Source: Oikopleura dioica (taxonomy: Eukaryota > Animalia > Chordata). Taken from it: 64,000 bases of DNA. A program made the position numbers and the translations under genes. The stretch lies in contig OU015566.1 of the NCBI GenBank assembly GCA_907165135.1, forward strand, positions 12,772,001 through 12,836,000, given 5' to 3'. This document shows, one piece after another, positions 37,480-51,868 of this stretch (position 1 is its first letter; each line of letters begins with the position of its first letter). The notes under the pieces were generated by a model that saw only the letters and a list, made by a program, of their open reading frames with translations, did not search any database and was not told where the DNA came from.

Positions 37480-38815
37480 CTACAAGAACTTCCTTGCGGA
37501 ATTTTCGACAGGCGATATTACGTTATATTCTGAGCCCTGAACCTGAAGGGCCAAAGATCCAGGAAGCAAAAGTTTGAAAACCAATCCCATGATCCATCTG
37601 TTTTACATAAACTGTCTAAAAACATGAATTCGGTGTAAAAAATTGATTTCGATTGCAGACTTCATTTTAGACGATAATGAACTTTCTAAACAGGGTCTCT
37701 AAAAACGAGAGCGTCCAAAAACAGGCGTGGGGGTTTTCAAAGTAGCATCAGTTTCAGTATTTTCCTAAAATAGTAGATAGAGATTGGATGTTTTTCGGAG
37801 TTCACAAAAGTTCAAGGTACAGTTGTAAGATTGGAATATTCTATTGGCGTTTTTGCGTAGTGTCATAAAATGACCATTCTCTTATCGAATAATATCGTTA
37901 ATTTCTGCATACTAATCTGTCTAATTCTCGTCCTCTTCACTCTCCGTTTCCTAAATAAAAGAAATAAATAAGAGTTACAACATGACATGAAGAATATGAT
38001 TAGGGACTTTCACGGGAAAATGACTGCCCTTCGATTTTCGTAAAAATTTCCTTAAAAGTATGGATTTTTTAGCTGATTCTGATGATACCAAAATCTTTTT
38101 GATCGGATAATGCTGCGGAAGACAAACTCAAGACTACTCTTAAAGCTGACCGATTTTTCACCCGAGTTTTCTGGGTCACTTGCTTATTATTTTTCGAAAA
38201 TTTCTTTGCAAACATGAAGCTTAGGACTTCCGGGAACTTTTTTTGTGTTAATCACCCGGTATTGTTTGCATCTGATTCCGTGTACTGGGTCAAAGCAAGC
38301 ACCCACTGAGATTATGGCGCGCGCTAATGCTTTTCGGGCTCCCCGCGCAGCGTGTAAAGCACTAGCGCGCCGTCACTTTTACTTAGTTATCTGATGATTG
38401 TGGCCGACTAGTAGAACCAAGTAAATTCATTTTTTGAGAGATTAAGAAAAAGAGTCTGATAGAAAAGATATCGAAAAAAGAATGACGAGGCAAGACGAGC
38501 TCTATACTTTTTCGATCTTTGAAAGATAAATTCGATGTTTTTCATAATATTCAATATTTTTTTGCCAATTTTTTGATCATATTTGGAATCAGCAGGTAAG
38601 AAAACATGTTTTTTTCTGAAAAATCAAGAAAAACGGATGGCTATTTCGGGTAGTTGGAAAAGCGAAAATTGGGCCCTCGCGCTCCCGTGATAGTCCCTAA
38701 ATATGATAAATAGCGCCGCTTTTTATATTCATTATACAGCTCTTCCTTTCTCTCTTTTTTCTCAAAGAAGAATATGGGAAAATTGATATAAAATGGTAGG
38801 TCGTGATGCTCTTAG

Positions 38816-41140
38816 TTATACCTCAGATTCCACATTCGCTGAATCACTTGGCGGCAAGACAGCCTCGATTTCATCGATGAAGGGTGCCTTTTTCAACTCA
38901 TACCGGCCACTCTGCCTTTCGATCTCGGCCTGGATTTTTTCTTAATAAATTATTTAACAAATTATACATTAAAAACCCGCAGCATCAGCAGACCAAGCTT
39001 GGCAACTTACCCATGGCTACATTTAGGACCTCTACTCCATGTTTCTGGTCGTTCGTTGTTGTGGTGATAAAGTAAAGAGGTGGGGCGTAGAGTTGAATTT
39101 TAATCTAAACAAGACGGTCTTTCCCTCGTATTTTTATCACCAAAACTTACGGGAACTTGTTCTGTACTGCATTCCAATCCCTTCGTAAGCGCGGCTTTGA
39201 TAGCATCGACGCCTTCGTATTCATAACAAGTAACTTCAATCTCGGCTCTCAGTTTTTTGGGTTGAGGGGTCAGTCGCTACAAAGAAAAACATTTTATTCA
39301 CAGGTCTATCTGTTCGCTATTAGCAGAAAAATCGAAAGCGGGGCGAGAAGTACCGCAATTAATGTTTACCTGTCTGATAGTCTTGAGAAGAGCGGCCTTT
39401 TGCGCGTCCGTAATATCAAGCTCGTCTAGAACCTCTTCGTTGTCGACGCACTCTTTGAATTTGTTGTACGAAGCACGGTGGGGCTACAAGAATTGATAGT
39501 TGATCTGGAAGACAAGCTCGTGCGAACTTATATTCACATATTTGATGGTTATGTAATGGCATTAGAGGGTACCCTCCGGAACGGATTAGTTGAATAAATT
39601 TATACATCGAATAATTACTTGCGACAAAAATATAGTACCGCGATTTTCATTTCTAGATGACTATTGTGTCCGCCTACGCTCCGTCAATTTACATTATCAA
39701 TTTTTCGTTATAACATTTTTCCCATGCAAAAATGTTAAAACGACGTGCGTAGGCGGACAAAAATAGTCACTCAGGAATGATAATCACGGTACAACTTTTA
39801 GCTGTGTGAAAATCGGGAACACGAAAATCGCGACTTACCTCTTCTGGTCGTTTGTATTTGGCATCAAAGTGCCAGGCTGTTTTCTCCATGAACTCTTCAA
39901 GCTCCTCGTTCGTCGTGATACCTGCCAGTTCCGCCGCATACGTAACAATTGAGTTTACGTGCTTCGCCTGTCCGGGAAAATGTGTGTGATAAAGAAAGCC
40001 TATCGGCAGATATGCTTACCTTTTCATATCTGTTCTCACATCTCCTTTTCTCATCTTCTGATAGACGTCTCTTTGAAAGATCGATGTATCCTTTATCCTA
40101 TTTCATGGGTTACTTTTGGTCCTTGTTTCTTTGGTGTTTTTACTGTAGTGAAGGGTTAGTAGAGTAGGCTCACAATCACTGTGAGCCCGGTTCATAATTC
40201 TGAGGAATTTTCTGTCGAAAAATATGATTTTTTTAGATGTCTAAAATCAGATCTCCTGATTCAGGATCTGTAAGCGCTGCGCGCCTGATCTGATGGAGAA
40301 ACTCACTTTTCGCTTCACTTATCTCTTTACTTTTTTGTGTGCATCCAGTAATTTTGAGTCACTTTTTCGCAAAAATTATGAACCGGCTTAACAACTTTGT
40401 GTATAATAGACTATTATCATTAATAGTCGAATAACACCGTGGTTTCCGGAAAAAAAGAAAGTGACCCGTTTTCCTTGTCCACTCGAACTACCACGGCGCA
40501 CTCATCGCGGCCAACCCTGACAAGCTTGTTGATGGATCTGATTCGTCTACGGGACAGCTCAGATAGGAGAATCATGCCTATAAAATTTTTACTTTTGAGC
40601 CAGGTTATTTTCCAGGGATCATCTGTTCTCTGACAAAAAGAACTCTTTGGAAAAAGCCTCCCTCGAAAATTCTAGATATTTATAATGCACAAAGCCTCTT
40701 GTTCTCCATATGAGGATAAGAAAGATGATCAAGAGGATTATTAAAATAAGAAGGAGGCTCCCTCGGGAAGTTCCCACGGCTCCGTTATGAAATGGAATTA
40801 TTTTTATCGAAAATGACTTTTAGGGAAAGGGAGGGGCTTCGAAATGTATTCTGAAAGGTTGGCCATTCTCGGGTTACGAGCTTTAGAACGATCGAAAGAA
40901 GCTCGAATATTTTCAAATAAGGATGAAACAACATTTGCCATAAATACTTATGATCCTGAAAAGACGCCTGGTAGCAGGTTACTTACCAGGAATATTATTG
41001 AACTCTAGCAGCTTGACATAAGCTCCCATCTCGCCAATCTCAGTGACAGTCGCGATAACCGCATCATCAGCATCAGGAAACGGTTCCTTATAAAAACGCA
41101 CGGACAAGCTCTGCTTCACAACTGGTATAACCGAAGCCAT
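38816..41140 (-). CDS. EIF2S1: Translation initiation factor eIF2 alpha
   Basis: RFYKEPFP...[38 protein letters not shown]...GYIDLSKRR...[27 protein letters not shown]...[11 protein letters not shown]. Confidence 0.92.
39638..39789. mobile_element. Small degenerate MITE, 152 bp, TA TSD, intronic in eIF2alpha
   Basis: TA|CCGCGATTTTCATTTCTAGATGACTATTGTGTCCGCCTACGC at the left end and GCGTAGGCGGACAAAAATAGTCACTCAGGAATGATAATCACGG|TA at the right. Imperfect ~43-bp arms. Confidence 0.6.
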
Positions 41141-41299
41141 TCTACAATTCCAAACTCAGCAATTTGAAATTTTATCTTTTTTTTCGTATTTTTTCAAATA
41201 AAAATAATTGGTCAGAGGAGTTATTTTTTGTTGTAAGAAGAGGAGGGAGCAAGATTTTTTGTATACGAAAAAGATCTTGAGAGAATTGAATTTCAAATT

Positions 41300-42250
41300 T
41301 TAACAATTAAAAATTGTGAACATGAACACGGTTGGAGAAGTAGAACTAAAGGCTCTAAGATCACTGTTAATGTAACGGGCTAACTGGGGACCTCCAACAC
41401 TCATTCCATCCAAAATCCAAACCTGCCAGAGCAACATAGCAACATAGGGAGCCTTATTTATCCTCTACGTTGCTTCGTACGTGCCCTTGTTCCTCCTTGG
41501 GGGACATGGCTTTATCCCATGGATGAACATGGCTACATCGGCAGAATTTAAAGAACGAACTAGCCCCTATATTAATTCAATAAGACAAGATGCGAGCCTG
41601 CGAGTAGTAACACTGTACTATGATTTTACACTGTCATTGAATTTTTCATGTTTTATTTCTGAAGTCTTACCGGCCACGAGGTTTTTGTTGAATCATGTAT
41701 TTTTTGGTGGAGCGAACAAGGATGGAGGAGCCAAGTTAACAAAGGTAAAAAAGTATAAGTAGCCAAATATGCTCCAGAAATCATGTCAGGAGCAAATTGG
41801 ACCGGAGAAGGTGAGAATAAAAAATTAATAATACCAGACAGACTGTAAATAACAAGTAATAGTAATTTGTAGTTTCTTGACAAGCAGAAAAGATCGAATA
41901 GTTTGTACGTTAAGTTTTCCTAGTGGGTAAAAATTTACACGTAATGAGATGCAAAATGGTAGATACTGTATCATACAGGAAAGTACATGTACTCTTGGGT
42001 TGAGTCAGCTTTTTTAGGTTAAGGATGCGTCTGATTGAACTCGTATGGAAAAGTGTGCTTACGTGTAAGAAAGAAATTGAAGTGGGGAAAATTTGAATTT
42101 GGGTTAGCAAGGTTTCCTGCCACCTTGTTCGGAACTTGGCAGTTTACAGCTGAGATTATCTTTTTTTGAATGAAAGTTGAAAAAAACACAGATGGCTCAG
42201 GGGCATCTTTTTGGGTTCCTTTCGTTTTTGTGTTGCGCAAAAAGACCACC
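41300..42250 (-). CDS. Possible hypothetical membrane protein between PP2A-C and eIF2alpha (unresolved)
   Basis: Hydrophobic open segments (e.g. 41653-41883) lie in an otherwise gene-dense run. No family recognised and the exon chain is not closed. Confidence 0.25.
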
Positions 42251-42637
42251 GAACCAGAACTGAGTGACCGGTTGATTCTTGGCTGACTTTTCTCCCTGGC
42301 TAAAACTTGAACCCGAGTCTCGAATTCCCCCCATTTTGAAAATGAAAAAGGGGAAAAGACAGCCCTAATCCGTGTTTAGCGTTTTCTTTTCCAAAAGTCG
42401 TGTGGTTCTTTAGAATCTTGATTTGAAATTGGGGTAAAATCAGGTTGTGTGCTCTTGCTGGTAAAATAAGGGGTGGACAAAATAATAAAATATGGAGTTT
42501 TTAGCATATGGAATAAGGGCGAAATAATAATATTTTGTTTAGGAAAGGCGCGCAACCAGAAAGATCAACGATTGCTCCTGATGGTCTTTCTGTTGTGTAG
42601 CCTCTTGTTGGACGTAGGAAAAAAGGTGTCGTGTTGT

Positions 42638-43831
<1,194 letters not shown>

Positions 43832-43884
43832 GTATCTAGACAGAAAAGGGGATGAAGAACTAGTTGTTTTCGTGTTTAAAAATG

Positions 43885-46097
43885 TTAAACTAAAAGGTGT
43901 TTTTTATAGTCAGGATATTCGTTCAGTAAATAACGATTTTCGTATGTTAAACTTTCTTCTAAAGATGCGTTTAGTTTTGGATTGTCTAGGAGCGTTTTCA
44001 GAAGAGGGGATGAAAAGTGCTTCTTTGTAAAAATCCTGTCAAACGCCGATTCGACTTCTGATTTCTCCGAAGCTTCAAAACTGCCCGACTTTTCTTTCTC
44101 CATTAGAATGATGAAGGCGCGCAATTCTTGAGCGCACAACGCTCCTTTTCTCGCGTCAATTAGGTGTTCTACGTACTCCTCCGCAAAACCGTTTTGTAAC
44201 AACTAAAAAGCGTATTGAGTTCTAGAGAAAAAGGATTGTCTCTCTTACGAAAAGGATGAATTGACCGCCGTGGCGCGTCGCGTAAAGATGGTCGAAAAGC
44301 CCGTCTTTTGCTAATTTCGCGTTGATCTTTTCCCGTAGGCGGCAGTAATGATCGTCGTTTTCGTCGAACGTCGCAAGCGCTGTTTCGAGCAGCTGGACTG
44401 CACCTTTCCATCCGTGCTCGCTGAAAGGAGCATGAAGAAGAACAAGAAAGCTCGGGTTCTTACCGAAGGAAATTGTCGATGATTTCTGAGTTGTCTGGGT
44501 GATCTGGGTCGACGGAAGGGGGAATGTTCATGGATCTGTGCTTTGTTGGGTATTGAGCCTGAAAGTAAATATTGAAGAAAGATGCAAGCAAATGACAACA
44601 TAAAGCAAATACAGCTACTAATGATAGGGCGTGGTGATGAAAGATGGTTACTAATGGCTTCGTAGGGATCATTCTTGAGACAAGCGATAAAAGAATGGTC
44701 AAACAGGCACCTTTTTCAAGAAAAAAAAAACAAAAATGACCTAAAATTAGCTAAAGAGTCAGTTCTGGGATTTTTAGAGGATTTGGAGTTAAAAAAATCA
44801 ATGTAATTTCCATCCCTAACAGTGATTTTAGCCCGATAATACTCTAATAGTAACTTGAAAATTTGTTAATCAGGAGATCTTTACCTGAAGTCTTCTATTG
44901 CGCTCTGGCCACTCAGCATATCTCAAATTTCCACTTATTCTTTCCCTGACATAAATCGGTCTATTCTTGTGCGAATAACTCTCCGAAACATCCATCATGA
45001 CCAAGTTGGACCCGTCAAGGTGATAATAAAGATCGTCTTCGTGAGGAATTGGCGTGGCGATTTGCTCCCTTGCGATACATATCGGCGGCATTTCGGAGCG
45101 CTTGACAACGTCTTCGTAGAAATTTAAAAGTGACTCTTTGAATTGCGATGGGGACATGAGGTGGTCGCCTGGGACTCGGTACTTGGTCACATGAAACGGT
45201 TCCTAAGAGAGATACGTTGATTCACGCGTTTTTCATCACTTTCTGACTCACCTGGACGTCTCTGAAAAACATCTTCTCCTGCGCCAAGTCGAGATTGGCC
45301 TCGACTCCCTGGAGAATATAAAGCAAAGTGCGACTGAACCATGCGCCAAAAGCTGGATGCAACTTTTCGCCATATTCGGACCACAAGAATCGATCGCTTC
45401 CTTCCGAGTTGATGCTGATTTCGGCCGAAATCGAAGGCGAACTTGAATGTATTGAGGCGGAGACGAGTTCTTTTGTCTTTTGAAAACTTGCTTCGTCGTA
45501 GTTTGTGAAGACGCTAGACGAAGTAGTAATAAAGATAAATAATTAAAAACAAACTGTAGCTAGTGTAGCCAATGCTGCAATCTGACTGTACTTACTCAAC
45601 AATATCGGACAATTCCTTGGCCTTCTTGTGCTTGTGCCAGATTTCTCCATTTTCCTTCAGAGTCGATAGTTTCTCAGGCTTGGCATTGACTTTTTCGCTC
45701 AATCCCTAGCTAATTATTTATACAATTTTGTAATGCAATAAAGCTCTTACCGAAGGTCCTTTGTAGTCGATGTGGTACGCGTACGGGCCGTAGTTGAAGT
45801 TGAAACGAGTGTATTTTGGACCTGAATTATTGACAATTAAAATTGGCTCTTTTTACTATAATTTCCTAAAAAATATGAATTTTTTTTATTAAATTAATTA
45901 AGAAATAAAGCAAATAATCTGTGATGAGTCATATCCGAGAAAATTAATTAACTTTTTTGCTCTAAAATGTAATTTATTGAGTGCTTTCTGTACCCAATGA
46001 ACTTTGACCCACTTTTCCGCGAAAGAAAAATAATAAACTAACCTGGAATTTCCCTGAAAGAGGAAAACCTCTTATGCACACTGCCCACGGCTCTCAT
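43885..46097 (-). CDS. MRPS22: Mitochondrial ribosomal protein mS22
   Basis: KYRVPGDHLMSPSQF...EMPPI...VMMDVSESYSHKNRPIYVRERISGNLRYAEWPERNR, FDHLYATRHGGQF. The N-terminal exons and start are tentative. Confidence 0.72.
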
Positions 46098-46779
46098 TTT
46101 ACGATAAATTTACGGAAAGCGCGTGAAAGGTGATAATTTGCAATAAAAAGTGTCGAGTTCTCTCGAAATCGTGCTGATTTTGCGTCGGTCCGCTACTGCG
46201 GCCAGCGACGATCGATCTTCGATTGGTTGTTTTGAAACTCGACACCTACGCGCGCAATAGGCGCCCTCAAGCGGACAGCGAAAATTATTCGGGGACCACT
46301 TTGAAAATTACTGGTGAAGGTAAGCTTTTGCCTGGGATTTGAAGGTGATGTAAAGATGGAGAAAAAAGATTCTAAAATGTAATGCGAGCCGCAGAACTAC
46401 GGCGGTGCCCTTGAGTGTCTATCATTATTTTCGCAGTTGTGAATGACGGATGATATTCATGGTATACTTTATACGGTATAAATTATACCGTCTAAAGTAC
46501 CAGTTTTTGCAAGAAGAAAAAACGCTATTCCAGCTTGAAGGCCACGAAATACAAATTCTATTCGTTTTGCCTCGGCCCGTCAAGGCATGTCGGCATTTCG
46601 GAATAAGTTATTCAGTAGAGGCTCGAAATTTCGCAGCTTTCTTTACTGACCTCAGCGCTTTTCTAATTTTTAGACAGGGTTTGACCTAGCTTTTCAAAGC
46701 AGCGCTAGAACGTCATCTTTCATAATCCATCAAGCGTTGAAGTCATCCTGCCGTGATTATGTCGACGATAGCGAATACC

Positions 46780-47724
46780 TAGGTAAACTTGATGAAAAAT
46801 GAGCTCTTTTTAGAGCTTATAAATCAGGGAATATAATACAGTTTTAGAATCCTCAGAAGCTGGGGATCATTTTGACTATTGATACTTGAGGGTTCTGCTC
46901 ATGCCCTGAGGGGTTTTGGGCCTTCCAAAGTCCCGAAATTTCGCCAATCTGGGTAAGGGGCTCATAACTTTTCTTCTCCCCACTTCTGGAGAAAGCCCAC
47001 TATATGAGCTTGTAGAGGAGCCTCTAACGGTTCAGAATATGTATAGAAAACCACCGGACACCCCCATTCTAGAGCCTCTAGAAGGCCCGGAAGTTGAGGA
47101 AGTCACCGAAAAATCAGTACTTTTATACGAAAATAGAGTAAAAAGGCAATATTTTCATCGGAAATCGTTAGAAAAACGTTTTTAATGACTTTCTGACGTA
47201 CAAAATTTAGTCTGGGGTCCTCCCGGGGTGAGTTCTTACGAAATTCAATTTTTCTCACAATATGACCCCACGTGACCTCAAATGGCCCAAGAATAAATTT
47301 TGTACGTCAGAAAGTCATTAAAAACGTTTTTCTAACGATTTCCGATGAAAATATTGCCTTTTTACTCTATTTTCGTATAAAAGTACTGATTTTTCGGTGA
47401 CTTCCTCAACTTCCGGGCCTTCTAGAGGCTCTAGAATGGGGGGTGTCCGGTGGTTTTCTATACATATTCTGAACCGTTAGAGGCTCCTCTACAAGCTCAT
47501 ATAGTGGGCTTTCTCCAGAAGTGGGGAGAAGAAAAGTTATGAGCCCCTTACCCAGATTGGCCAAATTTCGGGACTTTGGAAGGCCCAAAACCCCTCAGGG
47601 CATGAGCAAAACCCCCAAGTATGAATAGTCAAAATGATCCTCAGCTTCTGAGGATTCTAAAACTGTATTATATTCCCTGATTTATAAGCTCTAAAAAGAG
47701 CTCATTTTTCATCAAGTTTACCTA
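46780..47724. mobile_element. Foldback element, 945 bp, about 430-bp TIRs, TAGG ends, 8-bp TSD (hAT-like)
   Basis: CGAATACC|TAGGTAAACTTGATG... at the left end and ...CATCAAGTTTACCTA|CGAATACC at the right (TSD 46772-46779 and 47725-47732). Arms are near-perfect reverse complements. Confidence 0.93.
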
Positions 47725-48237
47725 CGAATACCTATCCTTCTACAAATCAACGAATGACAGGTTTGAAAATTTGCGATCATCGAAAATGTTACTCCAATTT
47801 TAGCGCACTCGAGAAAATTGTAGTTTCTGTTCTTCAGAAAAACCTTGTTTTGGAGAAAAACACATCCTGCCCGTGAGCCTTCCTCCATAAAGTTACACAC
47901 CTTGTTAATTGAACATCGCCATCTAGTAGGAACGAGTTTCAACCCTCCGTCAGACACATTAAACGATTAGATTTTTTACGAGAATAGCTGATCAGATCTG
48001 AAACATGAAGGTATATTTGAATGGAATATTATTCAGAAGAGACCTTTTTAATCTCTCTCCCACTATAGATGTAATTTTTTTAAGTTTTTATTATTTGAAT
48101 TTTTCTGTTTATAAAATTTTCAGTAAAACTTGTTCTCAAGTTTGATCTCAAACACCGCGGTCAGCGTTGACCTAGATTCGGGACTCTAATCAAGAACGAG
48201 CGAGGAGCGCCCTAGAATTATCCACTTAGAAGCGCAC

Positions 48238-48275
48238 CCGCCACCTAGTGCGGCCAAGTTTTCAAAGCATAAAAA
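48238..48275 (+). promoter_or_regulatory. CTCF-like motif (CCGCCACCTAGTGC, 48238-48251) plus TATA-like CATAAAAA upstream of the carbonic anhydrase
   Basis: Reverse complement GCACTAGGTGGCGG is a 13/14 match to the CTCF core. It lies 75 nt before the ATG. Confidence 0.5.
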
Positions 48276-48325
48276 GGAGAAATTTTCAGAAAATTTATCA
48301 GAATATCTGAAAGTAAACTCAGAAA

Positions 48326-49885
48326 ATGAAGGTTTGTCTTATCGATAAAAAAAGAGACTTTGAGACAACAAGATGTAATAAATACGAAATTTATTTCAGC
48401 TCTTCACGACAGTTTTGACTTCAATCCCTCTTTGCTCCTCCGTCGGTGTCTCTGTTGGCAACGAGAGAGCTGCTGGCAGCTCATGGGGTTACGACGGTAA
48501 AACTTAGATACAAAAATCCGATAAAAAATACCTTATTTTAGAGCAGGGAGACGATTGGGGCGATTCTGCTGAGACTTGTAATGGCAATCGACAGTCACCA
48601 ATCGACATTCCGAAGAATTACTCTTCCGCTGAATTCCAGCCATTTCAGTTGACCAATTTTGACGACGAGCAAAACTGGACCTTGTTTAACAACGGCCACT
48701 CGGTGCAAATGACTGCTTCCAATCTGTAAGGACTCACTTTCTTTATATTTTACTGACATTTTCATCTCCAGGAACATGAAATTGAACGGCGGTGCTCTTC
48801 CAGGCGAATATATTCTTGCCCAATTTCACTTTCACTGGGGATCAGCCGATCATGCCGGCTCGGAGCATACTCTTGAGGGAAAGCAGTATTTCTCCGAAGT
48901 CCACTTGGTTCATTTCAAGGCGGAATACGAAACAATCGGCAACTCTGTAAGCAAAGGCGACGGACTAGCCGTCCTTGGCTTTTTCATCGAAGAAGACCCT
49001 TATGCTGAGGTAAACTGAACAAAAAAGTCAACTTATTAACCATTAGGATACTCCGCTCGATAATTTCTTCCGCAACCTCGTTGGTGAAGCAGTTCAAAAT
49101 CCGTCCGAAACTTCTACTGTTCAATTTTCCATGACTGATATTCTTCCCTCCACTCTCGACAACTTTTACAGGTACCTCAATATTTTATAAAATATTTATA
49201 AACAAGAATCTTTTAGATACCTCGGAAGTTTAACCACCCCGACATGTAATGAAGCCGTCGTTTGGACAAATTTCAAAGAATCCCTAAAAATTTCTTCGAA
49301 GACAAGGGAATTCATGACTCAGTTCGCCAAGGTTCCTTATCTCCAAATTATATAAAGTCTGGTACTAACTTATTATGATGTTTAAATTTACAGAAATCAA
49401 GGATAACCATGGGGAGGATTTGGTCAAAAACTACCGAAATGTTCAACCACTCAATGGACGCGAAGTGACTTTCTATTCTTCACAAGTTGACCGACTCAAT
49501 CTTATCGAGTACCACTTTGAGGTAAGCAGTGGAGATACCAATCGTAACTTATCATTTATTTTCCAAGAGAATCGTCGAAGCTCTCCCAGACAGACCATGG
49601 TCCGATCGATACGAGCAACGACTAAACAAACAACTCAAGAAGGCTGAATCTGCGTTCACAGGAGTCAACTGCTACAAAGAAAATGGCTTTGGGTCTGATG
49701 ACTCTGCTGACGACGTCCAGGTCTTCGATGAGAGTGACTTCTGCAAGCTCAACGGCCAGGTCAACGCCGCGCTCAACAGCTGGGCCCGAAACAACGCTTG
49801 CGAAGGACGAGGCAAGGTCTACCGACAGATCATCCGAGCCAGTCGAAAGGTCCGAAACCTTTTCGACAGGAAAATGAGTTGTTAG
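48326..49885 (+). CDS. Secreted alpha-carbonic anhydrase fused to a C-terminal 4-Cys module
   Basis: MK|LFTTVL... signal, SWGY, QSPIDI, NNGHS, QFHFHWG..GSEH, EVHLVH, YLGSLTTPTCNEAVVW, NYRNVQPLNGR, then DRLNLIEYHFE|RIVEAL...VFDESDFCKLNGQVNAALNSWARNNAC...MSC*. Confidence 0.93.
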
Positions 49886-50174
49886 AGAAAGAATGGATTT
49901 CTTGATCTGTGCTTATATTTATCTGATAAGGAATACAATATAACCAAACCTGTTATCAAAAAATTGAGAAGCAAACTTGACATCTTCATTTTCTTCGACC
50001 TTCTTATCTTATCTTATATAATATTATATATATATAAGTTATATATAAGTTTTATAATATAAGTTATATTATATAACTGATAAACATATTGGTTAAATGT
50101 TAAAAGACAAGATTTGTGTATATTTTATCTTTATTGTTGGATAATAAGAGGGATCAGAAAATTCTTTTCTGGAG

Positions 50175-51196
50175 TTAGCAGCCCATCTTGTCGTTGTAGA
50201 AGTTTCGGACCTTTCGAGCGGCTCGGATGACCTGTCGGTAGACCTTGCCTCGTCCTTCGCAAGCGTTGTTTCGGGCCCAGCTGTTGAGGGCAGCGTTGAC
50301 TTGGCCGTTGAGCTTGCAGAAGTCACTTTCGTCGAAGACCTGGACGTCATCGGCGGAGTCGTCGGAGCCAAAGCCGTTGTCTTCGTAGCAGTTTTCGCCG
50401 TTGTCAGCGTCAACAACCTTGTTGAAGACTTTGTAGAATCGGTTGACGTATCGCTCGGCCCAGGAAGCGTCTTCTGGGAGAGATGCAGCAATTCTCTGAA
50501 ATCCCAGTTTTAGGGATTTTACTCACTGATTATTTTGTTACTTAGTAAGTAATACTTACACCGAAGTGGTACTCGATGATGTCAAGTCGATCAGCTTCAA
50601 CAAGCTCAAATTCGAAACCACCTTCAGTAAAGGCGTGATCCGAGGAAAAACTGACTGTCGCCTGCCCTCCAATCACAAATAGGTCATCGAATCCGTTGTT
50701 CGAAACATTGACAAGGTCAGGAGTCATTTTGCCGCCCTCTTTCTTCTTCTTGTCGGCATCACGTCTTCGTCGTCGTCCGTACAAACGGGGGCCGCAAAAG
50801 TTTCTCTCTTCCCCGTTGGCAATGACCTTCACGTAGTCATATTCGCAGTTGTCAGCATACTCAACGTTGAATCGATTCGCAGTGATGAAGAAACCGGGAA
50901 CTCCTCGGATATCGATGGTCCAGCTGCAATGAGTTCTGTCGGGATAGTTGCCAGCACCTGAGTCTGGAGACGAAAATGTTTGAAGCTCAGTGATGCGGCC
51001 GCCGCAATCGGTTGCGATCGGAACGCCGTTAGTGGTGGTTAGAGTTCTATACGTAATGGAAGTCGTAGTGGTTTCAGTAGTAGTAGTAGGATAATAGTCA
51101 GTAGTGTAATAAGAAGCAGATGCGCCGGCAATCAACGAAAAGAGCTAAAAATAAATTCCTATTAATTGTCTCGCGTCTCTATGGATAAACCTTCAT
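50175..51196 (-). CDS. Secreted protein: Tyr/Thr-rich linker + CUB domain + C-terminal 4-Cys module (copy 1)
   Basis: MK|LFSLIAGASA signal; DCGG...YPDRTHCSWTI...F.VE..NCEYDYVKV...FCG...VSFSSDHAFTEGGFEF (CUB); then DRLDIIEYHFG|RIAASL...FCKLNGQVNAALNSWARNNAC...MGC*. Confidence 0.9.
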
Positions 51197-51868
51197 TCTC
51201 TAGCTTTTTTCAGATATTCTGATAAATGATGAGCTGCTTCACGCGGTTTTGTACATTTTGATTTCCGTAATTGCTCCTAGGTGGCGGTGCACTTCCACCA
51301 AGAGGTTAAACGAAAGAGAAACACTGAGAGTGCTTAGGGCAATGTCTAGCCTAGATAATGCTTCCGTTTATGGTATCAACTCTATTCCGTCATTTTTGAT
51401 TCGATTAAATTGCTATATTAAACAAGTCGCCCTTTGACGATTTTCCGATGTTTTAAATCTTTCTTCAACACACATGTAACTCGTGGTAAGAAATCAGAAC
51501 AGATCAGACCGTCACCAAGTGGAACTTGAAAGTAATGACAGGTTGTCAAAATAGCAATGTCGATCCTTGCCAAAACGGACCCAGCCCTTCGTGGTACTCT
51601 GGGAGATTTCCTTCGTAAGCAAAATTCTTTGAATTTATGAAAGTGCCTTAGTAGGAATTCATTCGCATCGGTACGTGTGCAAAATAATGCGCTCAAGTTC
51701 CGCAAGTCCGCTGATCGCAGACTAACAAGACCGCGCCCTCGATGTTTTGTCAACATCAGGCTCAGGTAAAGTCTGAAAAGCGTGTTTTCGTGAGAAACAA
51801 GTTTCGAGTAAAGTTTTTTTTTATTTTCGCAAAAAAGAGATATGAAATCAGAAAATTCTTTTCTGGAG

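Noticed and set aside
40187-40386. 200-bp MITE bounded by CCGGTTCATAATT inverted repeats
   Set aside because: Only 13 bp of inverted match and no target-site duplication.
46916-47588. Pair of near-identical ORFs MGLPKSRN... on opposite strands
   Set aside because: Mirror artefact of the foldback element's inverted arms.
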